This document shows, piece after piece, positions 1 to 11,642 of a stretch of 64,000 nucleotides of DNA (the first letter of the stretch is position 1; every line of letters starts with the position of its first letter). The position numbers and the translations under genes were made by a program. The notes under the pieces were generated by a model. That model was not told the DNA's origin and made no database searches. It worked only from the letters and a program-made list of their open reading frames with translations. Source of the stretch: an uncultured Methanosarcinaceae archaeon (GTDB taxonomy: Archaea > Halobacteriota > Methanosarcinia > Methanosarcinales > Methanosarcinaceae); contig CAWHXP010000003.1 in assembly GCA_963833425.1 (NCBI GenBank), positions 192,001-256,000 of the forward strand, in the 5' to 3' direction.

Positions 1-2
1 AG

Positions 3-1487
3 GCTTGTCCAGCAGAAGCCGTTCATTATGAGCAAAAAGCCGAAGACATTGAGATAGAAGTAGGAGCTGTCATCGTTGCAACTGGTTATCAGCTCTTTGA
101 CGCCTCCAGGAAAAAAGAATATGGATTTGGAAGGTATCCGGATGTTATAACGAATATGCAGCTTGAGCGCATGTTGAACTCTTCAGGGCCTACAGGTGGC
201 AGAGTGCTTGTGCCTTCGACTAGCAAGCCTCCGAAAAGAGTGGCATTCATTCAGTGTGTGGGATCTAGGGACAAAACTGTTGGAAATGAATATTGTTCAA
301 GATTCTGCTGCATGGCAGCGCTCAAGAACGCCCAAATGATCAAGGAACGCTACCCTGAGACGGATATCACGATTCATTATATAGATATCAGGGCTGGAGG
401 GGAAATGTATGAAGAATATTATACAAGGACTCAAGCGATGGGTGTGGACTTCATCCGCGGGAAGGTTGCCGAAATTTACACAGGAGAAGATGGTAAGCCT
501 GTAATTCGTTATGAAAATACCCTAGAGGGCCGGCTCGAGGAAGAAGCCTATGATCTTGTTGTGCTTTCAACAGGTTCCGAACCAAGCGAATCCGCAGAAG
601 GCATAGGAAGGATGTTGAACCTTTCACGGCGGCAGGATAGATTCTTTGCTAGTGCACATCCTAAAATGCGCCCTGTTGATGCGCCTGTAAGTGGGGTTTT
701 CTTGGCAGGCTGCGCGTCTGGTCCCAAGGAAATTCAGGTTTCGATTGCTCAAGGCAGCGCATGCGCTTCCAAAGTTATGCAGTTGCTGGGAACAGGCGAG
801 CTTAAAGCAGATCCATTGGGAGCACATGTTGATTCTGAGAAATGTATCGGGTGCAAAACCTGTTTGGAAGTTTGCAAGTTCGGAAAAATTAGGATTGAAG
901 ACAAAAAAGCTATAGTAGACGAGATCTCATGCCATGGTTGTGGAGATTGCAGTGCCGCTTGTCCTGTAGGGGCAATTCAGATGCGGAACTTCGAAAACGA
1001 ACAGATTCTTGCTCAGGTTCGGGAAGCAACAGCGAACAAGTCCCAGAGCCCTTTTATTGTGGCTTTTCTATGTAACTGGTGCAGCTATGCTTGTGCAGAC
1101 CTTACAGGGATGTCCAGGCTCAATTATCCAACAAACATTCGAATAATTCGCACAATGTGTTCTGCAAGAGTAAGCCCAGAATTTGTGCTTGAAGCTTTCA
1201 AAGGCGGAGCAGATGGGGTACTTGTTGCAGGTTGCAGATTGGATGAATGCCATTACATCTATGGGAATATTGATGCAAAGCACCGTTTGGACGTCCTGAA
1301 AGAAATTCTAACAGAAATAGGGCTTGATCCAAGAAGGCTCAAAACCCTCTGGATCTCAGCTGCGGAGGGAGAACGTTTCGCAAGCACTATAACAGAGTTT
1401 GTAGAAGAACTCAAAGAAATTGGGTCGATAGGAACTGAACTCCAGAAGGACGAACCAATATCTACATCTGAGGACGTGGCAAAGTGA
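3..1487 (+). CDS. hdrA: Heterodisulfide reductase subunit A with C-terminal MvhD domain (HdrA2-type), 5'-truncated by the window edge
   Basis: The frame is open from base 3 (ACPAEAVHYEQ...GAVIVATGY). It has the HdrA motifs FIQCVGSRD and YCSRFCC, 2x CxxCxxC ferredoxin motifs, then the MvhD motifs AFLCNWCSYACAD and GADGVLVAGC..ECHY. Confidence 0.95.
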   Translation, partial: ACPAEAVHYEQKAEDIEIEVGAVIVATGYQLFDASRKKEYGFGRYPDVITNMQLERMLNSSGPTGGRVLVPSTSKPPKRVAFIQCVGSRDKTVGNEYCSRFCCMAALKNAQMIKERYPETDITIHYIDIRAGGEMYEEYYTRTQAMGVDFIRGKVAEIYTGEDGKPVIRYENTLEGRLEEEAYDLVVLSTGSEPSESAEGIGRMLNLSRRQDRFFASAHPKMRPVDAPVSGVFLAGCASGPKEIQVSIAQGSACASKVMQLLGTGELKADPLGAHVDSEKCIGCKTCLEVCKFGKIRIEDKKAIVDEISCHGCGDCSAACPVGAIQMRNFENEQILAQVREATANKSQSPFIVAFLCNWCSYACADLTGMSRLNYPTNIRIIRTMCSARVSPEFVLEAFKGGADGVLVAGCRLDECHYIYGNIDAKHRLDVLKEILTEIGLDPRRLKTLWISAAEGERFASTITEFVEELKEIGSIGTELQKDEPISTSEDVAK

Positions 1488-3076
1488 ACGAAGATCACGA
1501 CGAACAAAAGACTCACATAAGTGATGGATGCTGCGGACCCAGGAAAATCGAAACTGAAGAGTCCAAAATAAGCGAAAATGAAAAACCTGAAGCTGAAGGC
1601 TACAAATCCGATGATTTTGAAGCAGAGGGGCTTGAATCGGAGGGATTGGGGGTTGTAGTGCCCGAAAAAGACGAGGGTGAACAGCAGGAAAAAATTACTG
1701 TTACAAATAGCATGGACATTGAAGGTACACATTTTTGCTATACCCAGGCAACAGAAAAGTCCATAAAGACCTTGGATTACGATTACAAGCGGTGCAGTGG
1801 CTGTGGAATCTGCGTAGAAGTCTGCCCAACAAAAGCCCTTGAACTCGGACCAGTACACGAAATTGCAACCGGGCTTGACGCTCCACCGGTGATTATGGAT
1901 CTTGAGAAGTGTACCTTCTGCAGGATGTGCGCAAATCTCTGTCCTTTGCATGCTATAACCTTTGACGCTGTCGGCGAGGTCCCGGATGAGAAGCAGTATC
2001 CAAAGTACGATGCGTACGTTAATATAAACGAAAAATGCCTCCCCTGCGCTCTCTGTGAAGGGGCTTGCCCTCAGGATGCAATTGAAGTCGAGTTCACCTT
2101 TCCGAAAAAAGACGAAATCTCCCCCTTTAAAGAAGGGGCCAAAGGAGAGATAGTAATTGACACTGACAAGTGCAATTTCTGCGGAATATGTGCCCGTTTC
2201 TGCGACGCTATTGTCATGCTCGAGCGCGAACCTACACCTGAGAATCCTTTGCCTTTCGAGCAGATCCTTGTGGATGAAGATAAATGCGACTACTGTGTAC
2301 TATGCCAGGATATCTGTCCAGAAGAAGCTATTAAAGTCAAAGGGGAACGCTCTGTTGAGGCCCCTAAAGTTGAAGGAAAAATTAAGGTTGATAAGGTCAA
2401 GTGTACACAATGTGGTCGGTGCAAGGTTGTCTGCCCTTATGATGCCGTAGAGCTTCAAAAACCTATGGAAGGGGCACTGAGCCTCATACCTGCTAACTTG
2501 AATGAGTGTGACCCCCAGGGTTGTCACGGCTGCTTTAATGTCTGCCCCTCTAAACTCTGGTACGTGCCAAAAGACCCCGAAGATCTGCGAAAAATTGCTT
2601 TTGTTGAAGATTTCTGTACTTACTGTGGAGCTTGTGTAAAAGCCTGCCATCTAGCAGCTATCAAAGTGGACAGGTCCGATGTTCGCCACACAGATATTCC
2701 GGTTACTCCCTGGGCTACTCAGTGGAGAGACGCAATTGAGTCCCTTAAAACAGGAGTTAGAAAAGGGGTCGATAGGTCGGTGTTCAGGAAAATCGATATA
2801 CTTAAAGGCCAGAAATTTATGGGTGTAGAATACCCGAGTATTAACAAAGAGATACTTGCAGCCGTGCAGGCAAAAATAGATGCCTTAATGCCAGCCCTTA
2901 AGAGTGCAAAAGTCAGAAAACTCTGGGAAACTGAATCTCCTAAAAACGCAGCTGCAGCCGTAAAAAAGAAACTAGAAAGCAAAAAACAAAATAATTCGAA
3001 GCCAAAAGCATTAAGTATAGAAGCTGAAGGTAAAAAAGGGATACCGCAAAATTTAGGCGCAGGTGAAGAGAACTAA
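1484..3076 (+). CDS. Polyferredoxin (multiple 4Fe-4S)
   Basis: Many CxxCxxCxxxCP motifs; the GTG start overlaps the hdrA stop (GTGA). Confidence 0.92.
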   Translation: MNEDHDEQKTHISDGCCGPRKIETEESKISENEKPEAEGYKSDDFEAEGLESEGLGVVVPEKDEGEQQEKITVTNSMDIEGTHFCYTQATEKSIKTLDYDYKRCSGCGICVEVCPTKALELGPVHEIATGLDAPPVIMDLEKCTFCRMCANLCPLHAITFDAVGEVPDEKQYPKYDAYVNINEKCLPCALCEGACPQDAIEVEFTFPKKDEISPFKEGAKGEIVIDTDKCNFCGICARFCDAIVMLEREPTPENPLPFEQILVDEDKCDYCVLCQDICPEEAIKVKGERSVEAPKVEGKIKVDKVKCTQCGRCKVVCPYDAVELQKPMEGALSLIPANLNECDPQGCHGCFNVCPSKLWYVPKDPEDLRKIAFVEDFCTYCGACVKACHLAAIKVDRSDVRHTDIPVTPWATQWRDAIESLKTGVRKGVDRSVFRKIDILKGQKFMGVEYPSINKEILAAVQAKIDALMPALKSAKVRKLWETESPKNAAAAVKKKLESKKQNNSKPKALSIEAEGKKGIPQNLGAGEEN

Positions 3077-3222
3077 GTGGAGAAGTACACTTTTCGTCCA
3101 AATTTTAAAGAGGAATACATTTCGGGATATGCTGGATCAAAGGACAATATCTCTTTTGCACCTTAAATGACTATTCCCGATAATCCAAATATAAGGTTTA
3201 AAATGCACCGCTTAGATCAGCG

Positions 3223-4065
3223 GGTTCCGTTGCAAAAATCTCAGGATAAGCACGTAAATATATGGATTATGAACAAAAGTCAAAATATCCGAGAAAAATG
3301 TATCAATATTAATAACTATTCCAAATAATTGATTGGTATATTTAGCTTCATTAAGACCAGAGTAGTTTGGATTCTTGATTTGTCCTTTTTTAACCATATT
3401 CATAGCTTCAATTCCTTTTAAAATCTTACTTGCAGAGCGAAAAGACTGAAATCCTAACATTGGATTAACGATTCGCTTTATAGATCTATGATCTTGTTCT
3501 ATAATTTTATTCAAATACTTGATTTGTCTAATGCCTACGTTTTTAGGTAGTATTTTATCATTTTTCAATTCGTGTATGACAATAGGATAAACTTGATTCT
3601 TATCAAAGGTTATTGCTCTTGGAATTTGATTCTGATTAGAGCTCAAAGCTTTCTTAAGGAATCTCTTTGCTGCTTTTCTATCTCGTTTTGAACTTAACAT
3701 GAAATCAATTGTATCTCCATTTGAATCAACTGCTCGGTAAAGATATTTCCATTCACCTTTTACTTTTATATAAGTTTCATCAACTTTCCATGAATCATTA
3801 GTTGGTCTTAAGTACTTTCTTATCTTCTTTTCTATTTAAGGTGAATATTGATGTACCCATCTCATGATTGTCTTATGTTCGACTTTTATTCTCCTTTCTG
3901 TCATTATTTTTATAACTTAATGGATATTTTAAGTACCATCTTACGTTTAATAAGATAATTCCTCCTTCATAATACTTCCATTTAAAGGAATTTACTGGCA
4001 TAATATATACTCCAAATTTCTACTATTTCAGTGAATCACCCTAATAATTTTTTTGCAACGGAACC
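3223..4065 (-). mobile_element. IS6-family insertion sequence with inactivated transposase
   Basis: 16-bp terminal IRs GGTTCCGTTGCAAAAA (3223) / TTTTTGCAACGGAACC (to 4065). The transposase runs from ATG 4001 on the minus strand (DSWKVDETYIKVKGEWKYLYRAVD, IIEQDHRSIK), with stops and frameshifts in its 5' part. Confidence 0.92.
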
Positions 4066-4774
4066 AATAATAGTGACTAAGCTGGAAACAAATTTTACAT
4101 CTGTATATATCTGCGAAATATCCTTTATTAAGGCCAAAAAGGCGAGCAAATTATGTAGCTTTATACATCTGCGAAAAGTCAGAAGCAGCTTAATTTGAAG
4201 ATTCTTATACAATATTATAACTTTTCGAGATCTATATGGCCAGTTTTTCCCTTATTAATTTTTATGATAATATAATTATCAGTTGCAGTAAGTTTCATGG
4301 AATTTGGTTGCTTCATTTTCTATTTTGTGCTTGCATCATTGGACCAAATAATCAAAAAAGAAACATTTCTTTTTACTCCCTTGTCAAAATAAGGCTATAA
4401 ATGAAATTAACAACCTTTACTGTGGATATAACTTATTTTGGTACTGTAGTAGAGCTTTTTACATAGAACACTTACTGAAGTTAAAGCTCTGATAGCGAGT
4501 TCTTCGACTAAGTTTGTGGAATTATCTGTAAGTGCGAATCTAAGGTGGATTTTATAGCAAAATTCTCAGATAAAGTCTAGAAATTAAGGTAATTTCAAGC
4601 AAGGAAATATGCAAATTTCAGAAAAATTCAGCTTTATAATGCTATTAATTCAAACGAGCCCAAGTTTAGCAACGATATAAATTTGATAAACCTTGAATTT
4701 TTAATAAATGGTTATCCAGGATTTATAAATACCCAGCCAAAAATTGGGGTTTCTCAGAATTTTCGATAGTTTTT

Positions 4775-5692
4775 TCATTTAGATTTCTGAATATTTAAGG
4801 CTTCATTTGCCTTTTTTGTATCTACATCTATCCAGAGATGCAACTCTCTATAGGGCATAATTCTGTCGGTATCGTTGAAAAGCAGGAACTCAAGCTTCAT
4901 ATTCTTTCCCTCGAAAGAGGGTGTAAACTTAACTGGTTCTTTCCAAGTCTCATCATTATCAAGACTGATTTTTTTCTGGTTTTCAGGTAGAGGTAGAGAT
5001 TTATTTTTAAGTTTTATCTCCATCGTATAGTTCATAGGCCTATACTCATGGTTTATTATTCCCACTATTACGGTACCGTTTTCCCCGATAACATACTTTG
5101 TAGTGTAGTTGTCGGCTTTTCCTTCAAGCCCGAGAATATAGAACTCGGTGAAATGTTCTCCTTCCTTTGGGATTAGAATTACATATGCAAGAGTTGTGAC
5201 AGCCAGGAGAATGGAGAGTACCATAAAAGCTGTAAGTACTTTATCCAGTCTTGATTCTGGTTTTTCCAGAATTTCGGCTCTAAGATAAAGTGCCATTTCC
5301 CTAAAGGGTACTTCGAAAGCTTCGCCTTCCAAAAGTTTTGCCCGCCGCAGGTACGCAATTTCGCACATGACAAAGGTGAAAACTGAAAGGCTTATGAGGA
5401 TTGTCAGGAGCCTTATTCCCCACGGAGTGAAATTAAGGCCAAGCCCTATAAGTGGTACTACTGCGATGCTCAGCCCAAATGAAAGAGCTATCCTCTCGAT
5501 TCCGTCAATGTCGCACTTTGCGGGAAAGAGTGCTACCATAAGCGAATAACCTGGTAGAAAAAGCACGAGCGGTATACCAAGTATATTTCTAATTACAGTT
5601 TCACTTAATTCGGGAGTGAATACAAAGATATCCGTGAGGAGCACCAGCAAAATAACAATCGAGATGTCTGAGGGAATTTTCTTTCCGATCAT
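4775..5692 (-). CDS. DUF1616-like membrane protein
   Basis: N-terminal TM helices with LFLPGY..ALFP and ERIALSFGLS; soluble domain with FTEFYILG..GKA. Confidence 0.85.
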   Translation of the reverse strand: MIGKKIPSDISIVILLVLLTDIFVFTPELSETVIRNILGIPLVLFLPGYSLMVALFPAKCDIDGIERIALSFGLSIAVVPLIGLGLNFTPWGIRLLTILISLSVFTFVMCEIAYLRRAKLLEGEAFEVPFREMALYLRAEILEKPESRLDKVLTAFMVLSILLAVTTLAYVILIPKEGEHFTEFYILGLEGKADNYTTKYVIGENGTVIVGIINHEYRPMNYTMEIKLKNKSLPLPENQKKISLDNDETWKEPVKFTPSFEGKNMKLEFLLFNDTDRIMPYRELHLWIDVDTKKANEALNIQKSK

Positions 5693-6479
5693 TTAGGTCA
5701 TCCGGCCATCATTAAAAAAAAATTTGCTATTCTTTTTTCGGGAAAGTATATGCTATTTCTAATGCATTTTAGTCTGTTGCGTTATTATTTATCTTAATAA
5801 ATATTTATTCAAAAGTTTCAACAGATTTTACATCATTTATTTCCTTCTATTTCCTTTTCACAAATTTTCTATCTATTTTTTATTTCTGTCATCGCAAGAA
5901 AATATAATAATTTGTGCGTGTAGATAGAGTACCATATGCTCAGGTCTGTATGAAAAAATTTTGTAATGGGTACAGAGGCCTGCATGCTTGGGCATAGATG
6001 AATGAATTTCTCAGACGTTGGATGAGACTTATTTAGCTTCCATGATGTTGTTTCCTGGATCAGTTACTTTTCATTTGCTATTCATTAAGATATCATCTAA
6101 TTTTTGAGCTAGACGTTAACCTAAATATTATTACTATTCTATTTATAGTCACATTTAAATATCAATTCACTGATACTCTATATTTTTAGTATGATGATAT
6201 TTCTCATATTGATGTAATCTAAAATATATTAATTAAACTGATGTGATTTCTATAGAGGATTTTGGTAAACTTCTTCATATTTTTAATGTTAACCCAAATA
6301 AACACCAAATTATTCGGAATACAGGCCAAAAAACAAAACTACTTCTCATCATATTCTTTTGTGATATAACAGCTCTGTAAAAAGTATAATAGAAAAATAG
6401 TAAATGGAGAACTTTTCTCAATCTGTTAGCTCTCGAGTACTCCACTGAAAGTCAGAAATATTTTTGCATTATCCAGTCT

Positions 6480-6971
6480 TTAGTCAATTTTCTCAAACTT
6501 GGATGCAGGTGCCCCACAAATTGGACATTTCTCATGAGGCTCACTTTCCGTAGTATATCCGCAGATACTGCAGACGTAGTAATCAACATCTTCATTCTTT
6601 CCAATTTCATCGAGGGCTTTTTCGTATAATCCAGCATGGATCTTTTCTACTTTATTTGCCACCTCAAAGCTCCAGAGAGCTCTGTTATCACCTTCTCCCT
6701 TTGCCTCCTCTATAAATTTTGGATACATTTTTGTAAATTCGTATGTTTCGCCGTTAATGGCATCTTTCAAGTTGTCCATTGTAGTTCCAATCCCACCCAT
6801 ACGCTGAAAATGATTGAAAGCATGGACTGTTTCCGCAGCAGCAGCAGCTCTGAATAGCTTAGCTATCTGGTGATATCCTTCTTCATCGGCTTTTTTTGCA
6901 AAGGCCAAGTATGTTCTGTTTGCCATTGATTCGCCAGTAAATGCAGCTTTGAGATTATCTTTGGAACTCAT
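6480..6971 (-). CDS. rbr: Rubrerythrin
   Basis: NLKAAFTGESMA, ETVHA and EKIH diiron motifs; C-terminal CSICGY...CPICG rubredoxin-like domain. Confidence 0.93.
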   Translation of the reverse strand: MSSKDNLKAAFTGESMANRTYLAFAKKADEEGYHQIAKLFRAAAAAETVHAFNHFQRMGGIGTTMDNLKDAINGETYEFTKMYPKFIEEAKGEGDNRALWSFEVANKVEKIHAGLYEKALDEIGKNEDVDYYVCSICGYTTESEPHEKCPICGAPASKFEKID

Positions 6972-7286
6972 ATATATCCCCTTTAATTTGAAATTTTTTA
7001 CTCTATTTAGTGGTCATATATATCTTTTTAACGCCCACGATGTATGACACAAAATTATCGAAGTATCTATTAGTGGCAGCAGAGTAATTCTTTTTGTTCA
7101 TGCATGTTATCGATTATGAAAACTAGCCCTATCCACCTCAAAAATTAGGATATCTATAAGATTTTGGCGTAAACCTGACATTCAAATCACAAGGAAACGT
7201 TTTGACATTAGTTTCATGTCTAGGATTCGAAAGCATGAAATCCTATGAAAAGAGGCAAATATCTATATATCTTTTAGTTATACTTA

Positions 7287-7400
7287 GGGCTTACGCATTT
7301 GGAGCACAAAACAATAATAGTAAACTCATATTTTTATAAATTTCAAATTTTAACTATGATATTTCGAGTACTTGATTTTACATCATAAATGAGTAAGTCC
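7287..7400. mobile_element. MITE-like element with GG(A/G)CTTACGCA-type inverted ends
   Basis: GGGCTTACGCA ... TGAGTAAGTCC imperfect IRs; a related copy lies at 8517-8605. Confidence 0.55.
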
Positions 7401-7480
7401 CACACTTGTACAAAGACTGAATTATATACAACTAGATCTTTTGAAGGCTAGAATTACTTTATTATTAGTTTCCAGAATAG

Positions 7481-8308
7481 ATGATAAAAATGACCCAGGA
7501 AATGAACTACTCAAAAAGGATTGATTCTACTCTTTTACTTGAATTAAAAAACATAAGTGTTGTAAGGTGTGGGAAAAAGGTCCTCGATTCCGTGTCTCTT
7601 TCAATTGAGCATGGAGAGCAAGTTGCAATTATAGGTCCTAATGGCTCAGGAAAATCTTCCCTTATAAAGACAATCACAAAAGAATATTACCCTCTTTCAG
7701 AAACAGACGATTTTGTTATAAAGATTATGGGTAAAGATATCTGGAACGTTTTTGAGCTAAGAAAATTAATGGGGATCGTCTCTGGAGATCTTCAGCAGAT
7801 ATACTGCCGACAGATCAAAGTTTTGGATGTAGTATTATCGGGATTTTTTAGCAGCATAGGGATTTACTACAATCATAATGTAACTCCTGAAATGGGGATC
7901 AAAGCCAGAGAAATTCTGAAATTCCTTGAAATTTCACACCTTGAAAACAAGTTAATATGCGAACTCTCCACCGGAGAGACCAGACGGGTATTGATAGGCA
8001 GAGCCATTGTTCATGACCCCTATATCCTAGTTTTAGACGAACCCTCAAACAGCCTTGATCTGAAAGCTCTTAATAGCTTCCGTGAGAGTATTAGGAAGAT
8101 TGCAATTTCAGGAAAAAGTGTGATTTTGGTCACTCACAATCTTCAGGACATCATTCCCGAAATAAACCGTGTGGTTCTTATAAATGAGGGAAAAATCTTC
8201 AGGGATGGAAAAAAAGGGGACATCCTGACAGATGCCAATCTTTCGGAACTTTTCTCCATTTCAGTAAAAGTCTTGGAAAAAGGAGGTTACTACCAGGCTC
8301 TGGTCTGA
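7481..8308 (+). CDS. ABC transporter ATP-binding protein (ModF-like, no adjacent permease)
   Basis: Walker A GPNGSGKS, signature LSTGE, Walker B LVLDEP, H-loop VTH. Confidence 0.88.
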   Translation: MIKMTQEMNYSKRIDSTLLLELKNISVVRCGKKVLDSVSLSIEHGEQVAIIGPNGSGKSSLIKTITKEYYPLSETDDFVIKIMGKDIWNVFELRKLMGIVSGDLQQIYCRQIKVLDVVLSGFFSSIGIYYNHNVTPEMGIKAREILKFLEISHLENKLICELSTGETRRVLIGRAIVHDPYILVLDEPSNSLDLKALNSFRESIRKIAISGKSVILVTHNLQDIIPEINRVVLINEGKIFRDGKKGDILTDANLSELFSISVKVLEKGGYYQALV

Positions 8309-8516
8309 TGCACATTATTCTTCAATCAAGTTGCAATTCTGCAGCTTCAAACAAAGTCACAGAAGCTTGCTCTACAAAGTATAGAGAGTTGTTCAATTCG
8401 TTTTTTTGGCAACAAACTTGACTCTGCATCATTATATTTCTTAATCTAATACCCCAATTCACTTTCTTCTGAAGCTACTAAGTTAGGTGAGTTATGAAAT
8501 GATTAATTTCCTTATT

Positions 8517-8605
8517 TGACTTACCCAGCCTGAATAGCTTACCATCACATATGTTTGACCATAATGCTTAATGCATTTGATTTTGTGCATAAAGCGCGTA
8601 AGTCC
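8517..8605. mobile_element. MITE-like element, same family as 7287-7400
   Basis: TGACTTACCCA ... CGCGTAAGTCC degenerate IRs. Confidence 0.45.
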
Positions 8606-9462
8606 TACTAATGTAAGATACACAGTTATTGTATTTTGGATATATCTGCACCACATAGTAAATATCTAAAAGATTAACTATTGATATAAAGGATTTTTTA
8701 TATTAAGTTAAATCATTTTTATGTCAAAATCCTTCTTTTTGTTTCAGCTAACACTTCGTGAATTGAAGTTAAAGGCTGTTGAAATCAATATTTAATTGAA
8801 CTATTATAGTATTTTTATACTTTCACCAGATCGACAAACCTTGCTACTTGATCACAAACCTAATCAAAATAATTTTTTTATTTAAAGATTAAGCTAGTGG
8901 CATTTTTCTATGAAATAGTAGTAAAAATAGACAACCAGTCTTTTAATTCGCTTATTTGTAAGATCGATTGTAGTGGTACTTGAGTACAAACACTACGTGA
9001 TAGATAATCTGATTAAGCTATTTTTAAAGCTATTTGATTCCCAATGTACACCAAATATAGGTCAAAGGTATATGGCATCACCTCTGAAAATGATGGCAAA
9101 AACAACCTCATTTTACAAAGAAGTGATGAATTGGAATGACAGACCAATACAAAAAATAATAGAAATCACGTCATCAATACCTAAAGTTCAGATATTCGAG
9201 ATACTTAGCACTCTAAAGTAATAAAATCAACTAAATAATAGATGGATCTAAAATTTTAGAAAAATCAATGTCCATACTAAACGTAGTCCTCTGATCTTAA
9301 TGTATACCAAAAATTTTTTATTTACAAACGGACATTATTTAATAGACACGTCTTAGTATTTATGTGCATAAAGAGAAACAATTTCTCACTTAGATGTTGT
9401 ATCTAACAAATATTCAGGAATAATTATAAAAAACCTTCGCATATCTGGAGGCAATAATCCGA

Positions 9463-9639
9463 ATGTCTGCATGCCAAGACTGTAGATTTTATGCATCTGT
9501 TGATGAGCAAAAGGGCGAATGTTTTAGCCTAGGCTTTGAAGTGCGTGGTAAAACCGATTCTAAAAAATGCCCAGAACGGGCTTTCAGGCCAAATAAAGGT
9601 CCAAAATCAAAAAAAACAGGAGCTTCAACGAGATTTTAG
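9463..9639 (+). CDS. 58-aa four-cysteine microprotein (putative Fe-S/metal-binding, BssC-like spacing); absent from ORF track
   Basis: GGAGG RBS, then MSACQDCRFYASVDEQKGECFSLGFEVRGKTDSKKCPERAFRPNKGPKSKKTGASTRF*; motif CxxC-x12-C-x15-CP..AF.P. Confidence 0.8.
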   Translation: MSACQDCRFYASVDEQKGECFSLGFEVRGKTDSKKCPERAFRPNKGPKSKKTGASTRF

Positions 9640-10383
9640 GAAAGATTGCTAAGGAAATTCTTTTAAGATGGTACAGAAAAGGCGAAAAGGATGTTGCAAA
9701 TCTATAAATGGACTAAGCCGACCTTCAGCCTGAAAAAAGTTCAGAAAAACTTATAAGAATTTTTACTATTTCTGCTTGCTGGAATTAAATGTGCCTAAAT
9801 AAAATTGCATTCAAGGTTTTATCCCATTTTTTTGGAGACCTATACAAGGACGTCATATTGAGAAAAAAGATGACAACTTGTGTACTTTTACAGGAAGTAT
9901 AATATTCCATTTTTGCTAAAAAGATCTGTCAACCAATCATTTATATGGCATATTTCAAAGGAAAGAGTATCATAGACTTCATTTATTGTATCTTTTCTTT
10001 TTCATATAACTTTGTGGCGAAGCCGAATATATGACCCAAATTCTCTATGATATTTTTGGAAAACACTTGATGAATTGATTATTTCATCCGGTGCAAGTTG
10101 TGCAGTGACTTCAGGATCATTTCTCTGTTTCCAGGTACGTTAATACTGAGAAATACAGCAATTAAAAATGTGTGTCATGCTTAAACTACAAAATTTAGTT
10201 ACTATTTTTGATAAGTTCGATCCTTAAATCTATTTGGGCAATGTAATTGCTTCAAAAACAATTTGATGTCCTTGATCAAGGTTACTTTGAGCCTTCAATG
10301 AAAATTCACTGATTAGTGCCATAAAGTTTTTAAAAATTGAAATTAATACAAGCTTTTTGCTAAAGACAATTAGGAAAATCAAT

Positions 10384-10470
10384 GATTATTTCGATAAACT
10401 CCTAAATTTAGTAATATGCTTATAAATGATACATAAATGACTCGTAAAGATGATGTTCATCGAAATCCTC
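10384..10470. mobile_element. ~88-bp MITE with IS5-type IRs
   Basis: GATTATTTCGATAAAC ... GTTCATCGAAATCCTC; internal ATGACTCGT motif shared with the other copies. Confidence 0.75.
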
Positions 10471-10613
10471 AATAGCCAAAAAAGGGTGATGGAAAAGTAC
10501 TTTCATTTATTCATGCTTCTTATTGAAGAATTCCATTTTGATATTATAATCAATTCTTCATGAACAATTCAAACATAAAGAACTAATCTTATGCATTCTA
10601 TCATTTATTTCCA

Positions 10614-11642
10614 ATGTACAGAATAATCCGGATTCCCCCAGAAAAAGGAGAAGAAATAAGGAAAAAAGCAGCATCTGGGAAATTTCTTGATACTGCCAGA
10701 AAAATCCGAAAAATCAAAAATGATGAAGGCAGTTTTCTAGAAATCCCTCTTACAAATGCTGCAGATGACATCGTAGAAGAGTTTCCAGTCATTGAGCAGG
10801 AAAATCCTGAATTTTTTCAAAAATCATGCATCTGGGAAGAATTCCTCAAAAACCACTTTTCAGAAGCCGAACTTGCGTATGCCCCATCAGGCTGGCAGAC
10901 CATCGGTGACATAATAATAGTCAGGATACCAGAAGTACTTGAAGAAAATAAATTTAGGATAGCTGAAGCTCTGCTTTCCAAGTGCCCAAATTGCAAAAGT
11001 GTCGTAAGAGATTTTGGAATTGAAGGACAGTTTCGCCTGCCTAAAAGGGAACTTCTTATAGGGAGCAGGACGGAAACAGTGCACAAAGAACATGGCTGTT
11101 TTTTCAAGCAGGACGTAACAAAAGTGATGTATTCCAAAGGCAACCTTGAAGAAAGGAAAAGGATGAGTAGGGTTGGAAATGGGGAGGTAGTAGTAGATAT
11201 GTTCGCAGGAATAGGATATTTTTCAATTCCCATGGCTGTCCATTCTAGGCCTAAAAAAATTACATGCATTGAAATAAACCTTGAATCCTTTGCCTACCTA
11301 GAGGAAAATATCAAGCTAAATAGACTAGGAAATATAATTGTTCCAATTTTTGGAGATTGCTCAAAGTTTACTCCCGAAGGAACAGCTGACCGTGTTCTTA
11401 TGGGATATGTAGGAAACACAGATTATTACCTGGGCCAGGCTATTAAAACTTTGAAGAGCAGTGGAGGTATTCTGCACTATCATGAAACAGTCCCAGAAAA
11501 TCTTGCCAAAACCAGGCCTCAAGAGAGAATCAGAAAAGCTGCCGAGTCCCTGGTGAAGCAAGTAGAGATTTTAGAGACTCGCAGGATAAAGAAGTATTCT
11601 CCTGGTATTCTGCATGTGGTTGTGGACGCGAGAGTTTTCTAG
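10614..11642 (+). CDS. taw2: tRNA(Phe) wyosine-pathway aminocarboxypropyltransferase Taw2 / Trm5-Met10 family SAM-dependent enzyme
   Basis: DVTKVMYSKGNLEERKRM, VVDMFAGIGYF, ADRVLMGY, LHYHETVPE. Confidence 0.8.
   Translation: MYRIIRIPPEKGEEIRKKAASGKFLDTARKIRKIKNDEGSFLEIPLTNAADDIVEEFPVIEQENPEFFQKSCIWEEFLKNHFSEAELAYAPSGWQTIGDIIIVRIPEVLEENKFRIAEALLSKCPNCKSVVRDFGIEGQFRLPKRELLIGSRTETVHKEHGCFFKQDVTKVMYSKGNLEERKRMSRVGNGEVVVDMFAGIGYFSIPMAVHSRPKKITCIEINLESFAYLEENIKLNRLGNIIVPIFGDCSKFTPEGTADRVLMGYVGNTDYYLGQAIKTLKSSGGILHYHETVPENLAKTRPQERIRKAAESLVKQVEILETRRIKKYSPGILHVVVDARVF

Noticed and set aside
3212..3700. ORF-track 162-aa protein as an intact transposase
   Set aside because: It is only the C-terminal part of a broken IS6 transposase and reads out through the IR.
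8973..9221. 82-aa ORF
   Set aside because: No clear RBS or recognisable motif; AT-rich, probably spurious or decayed.
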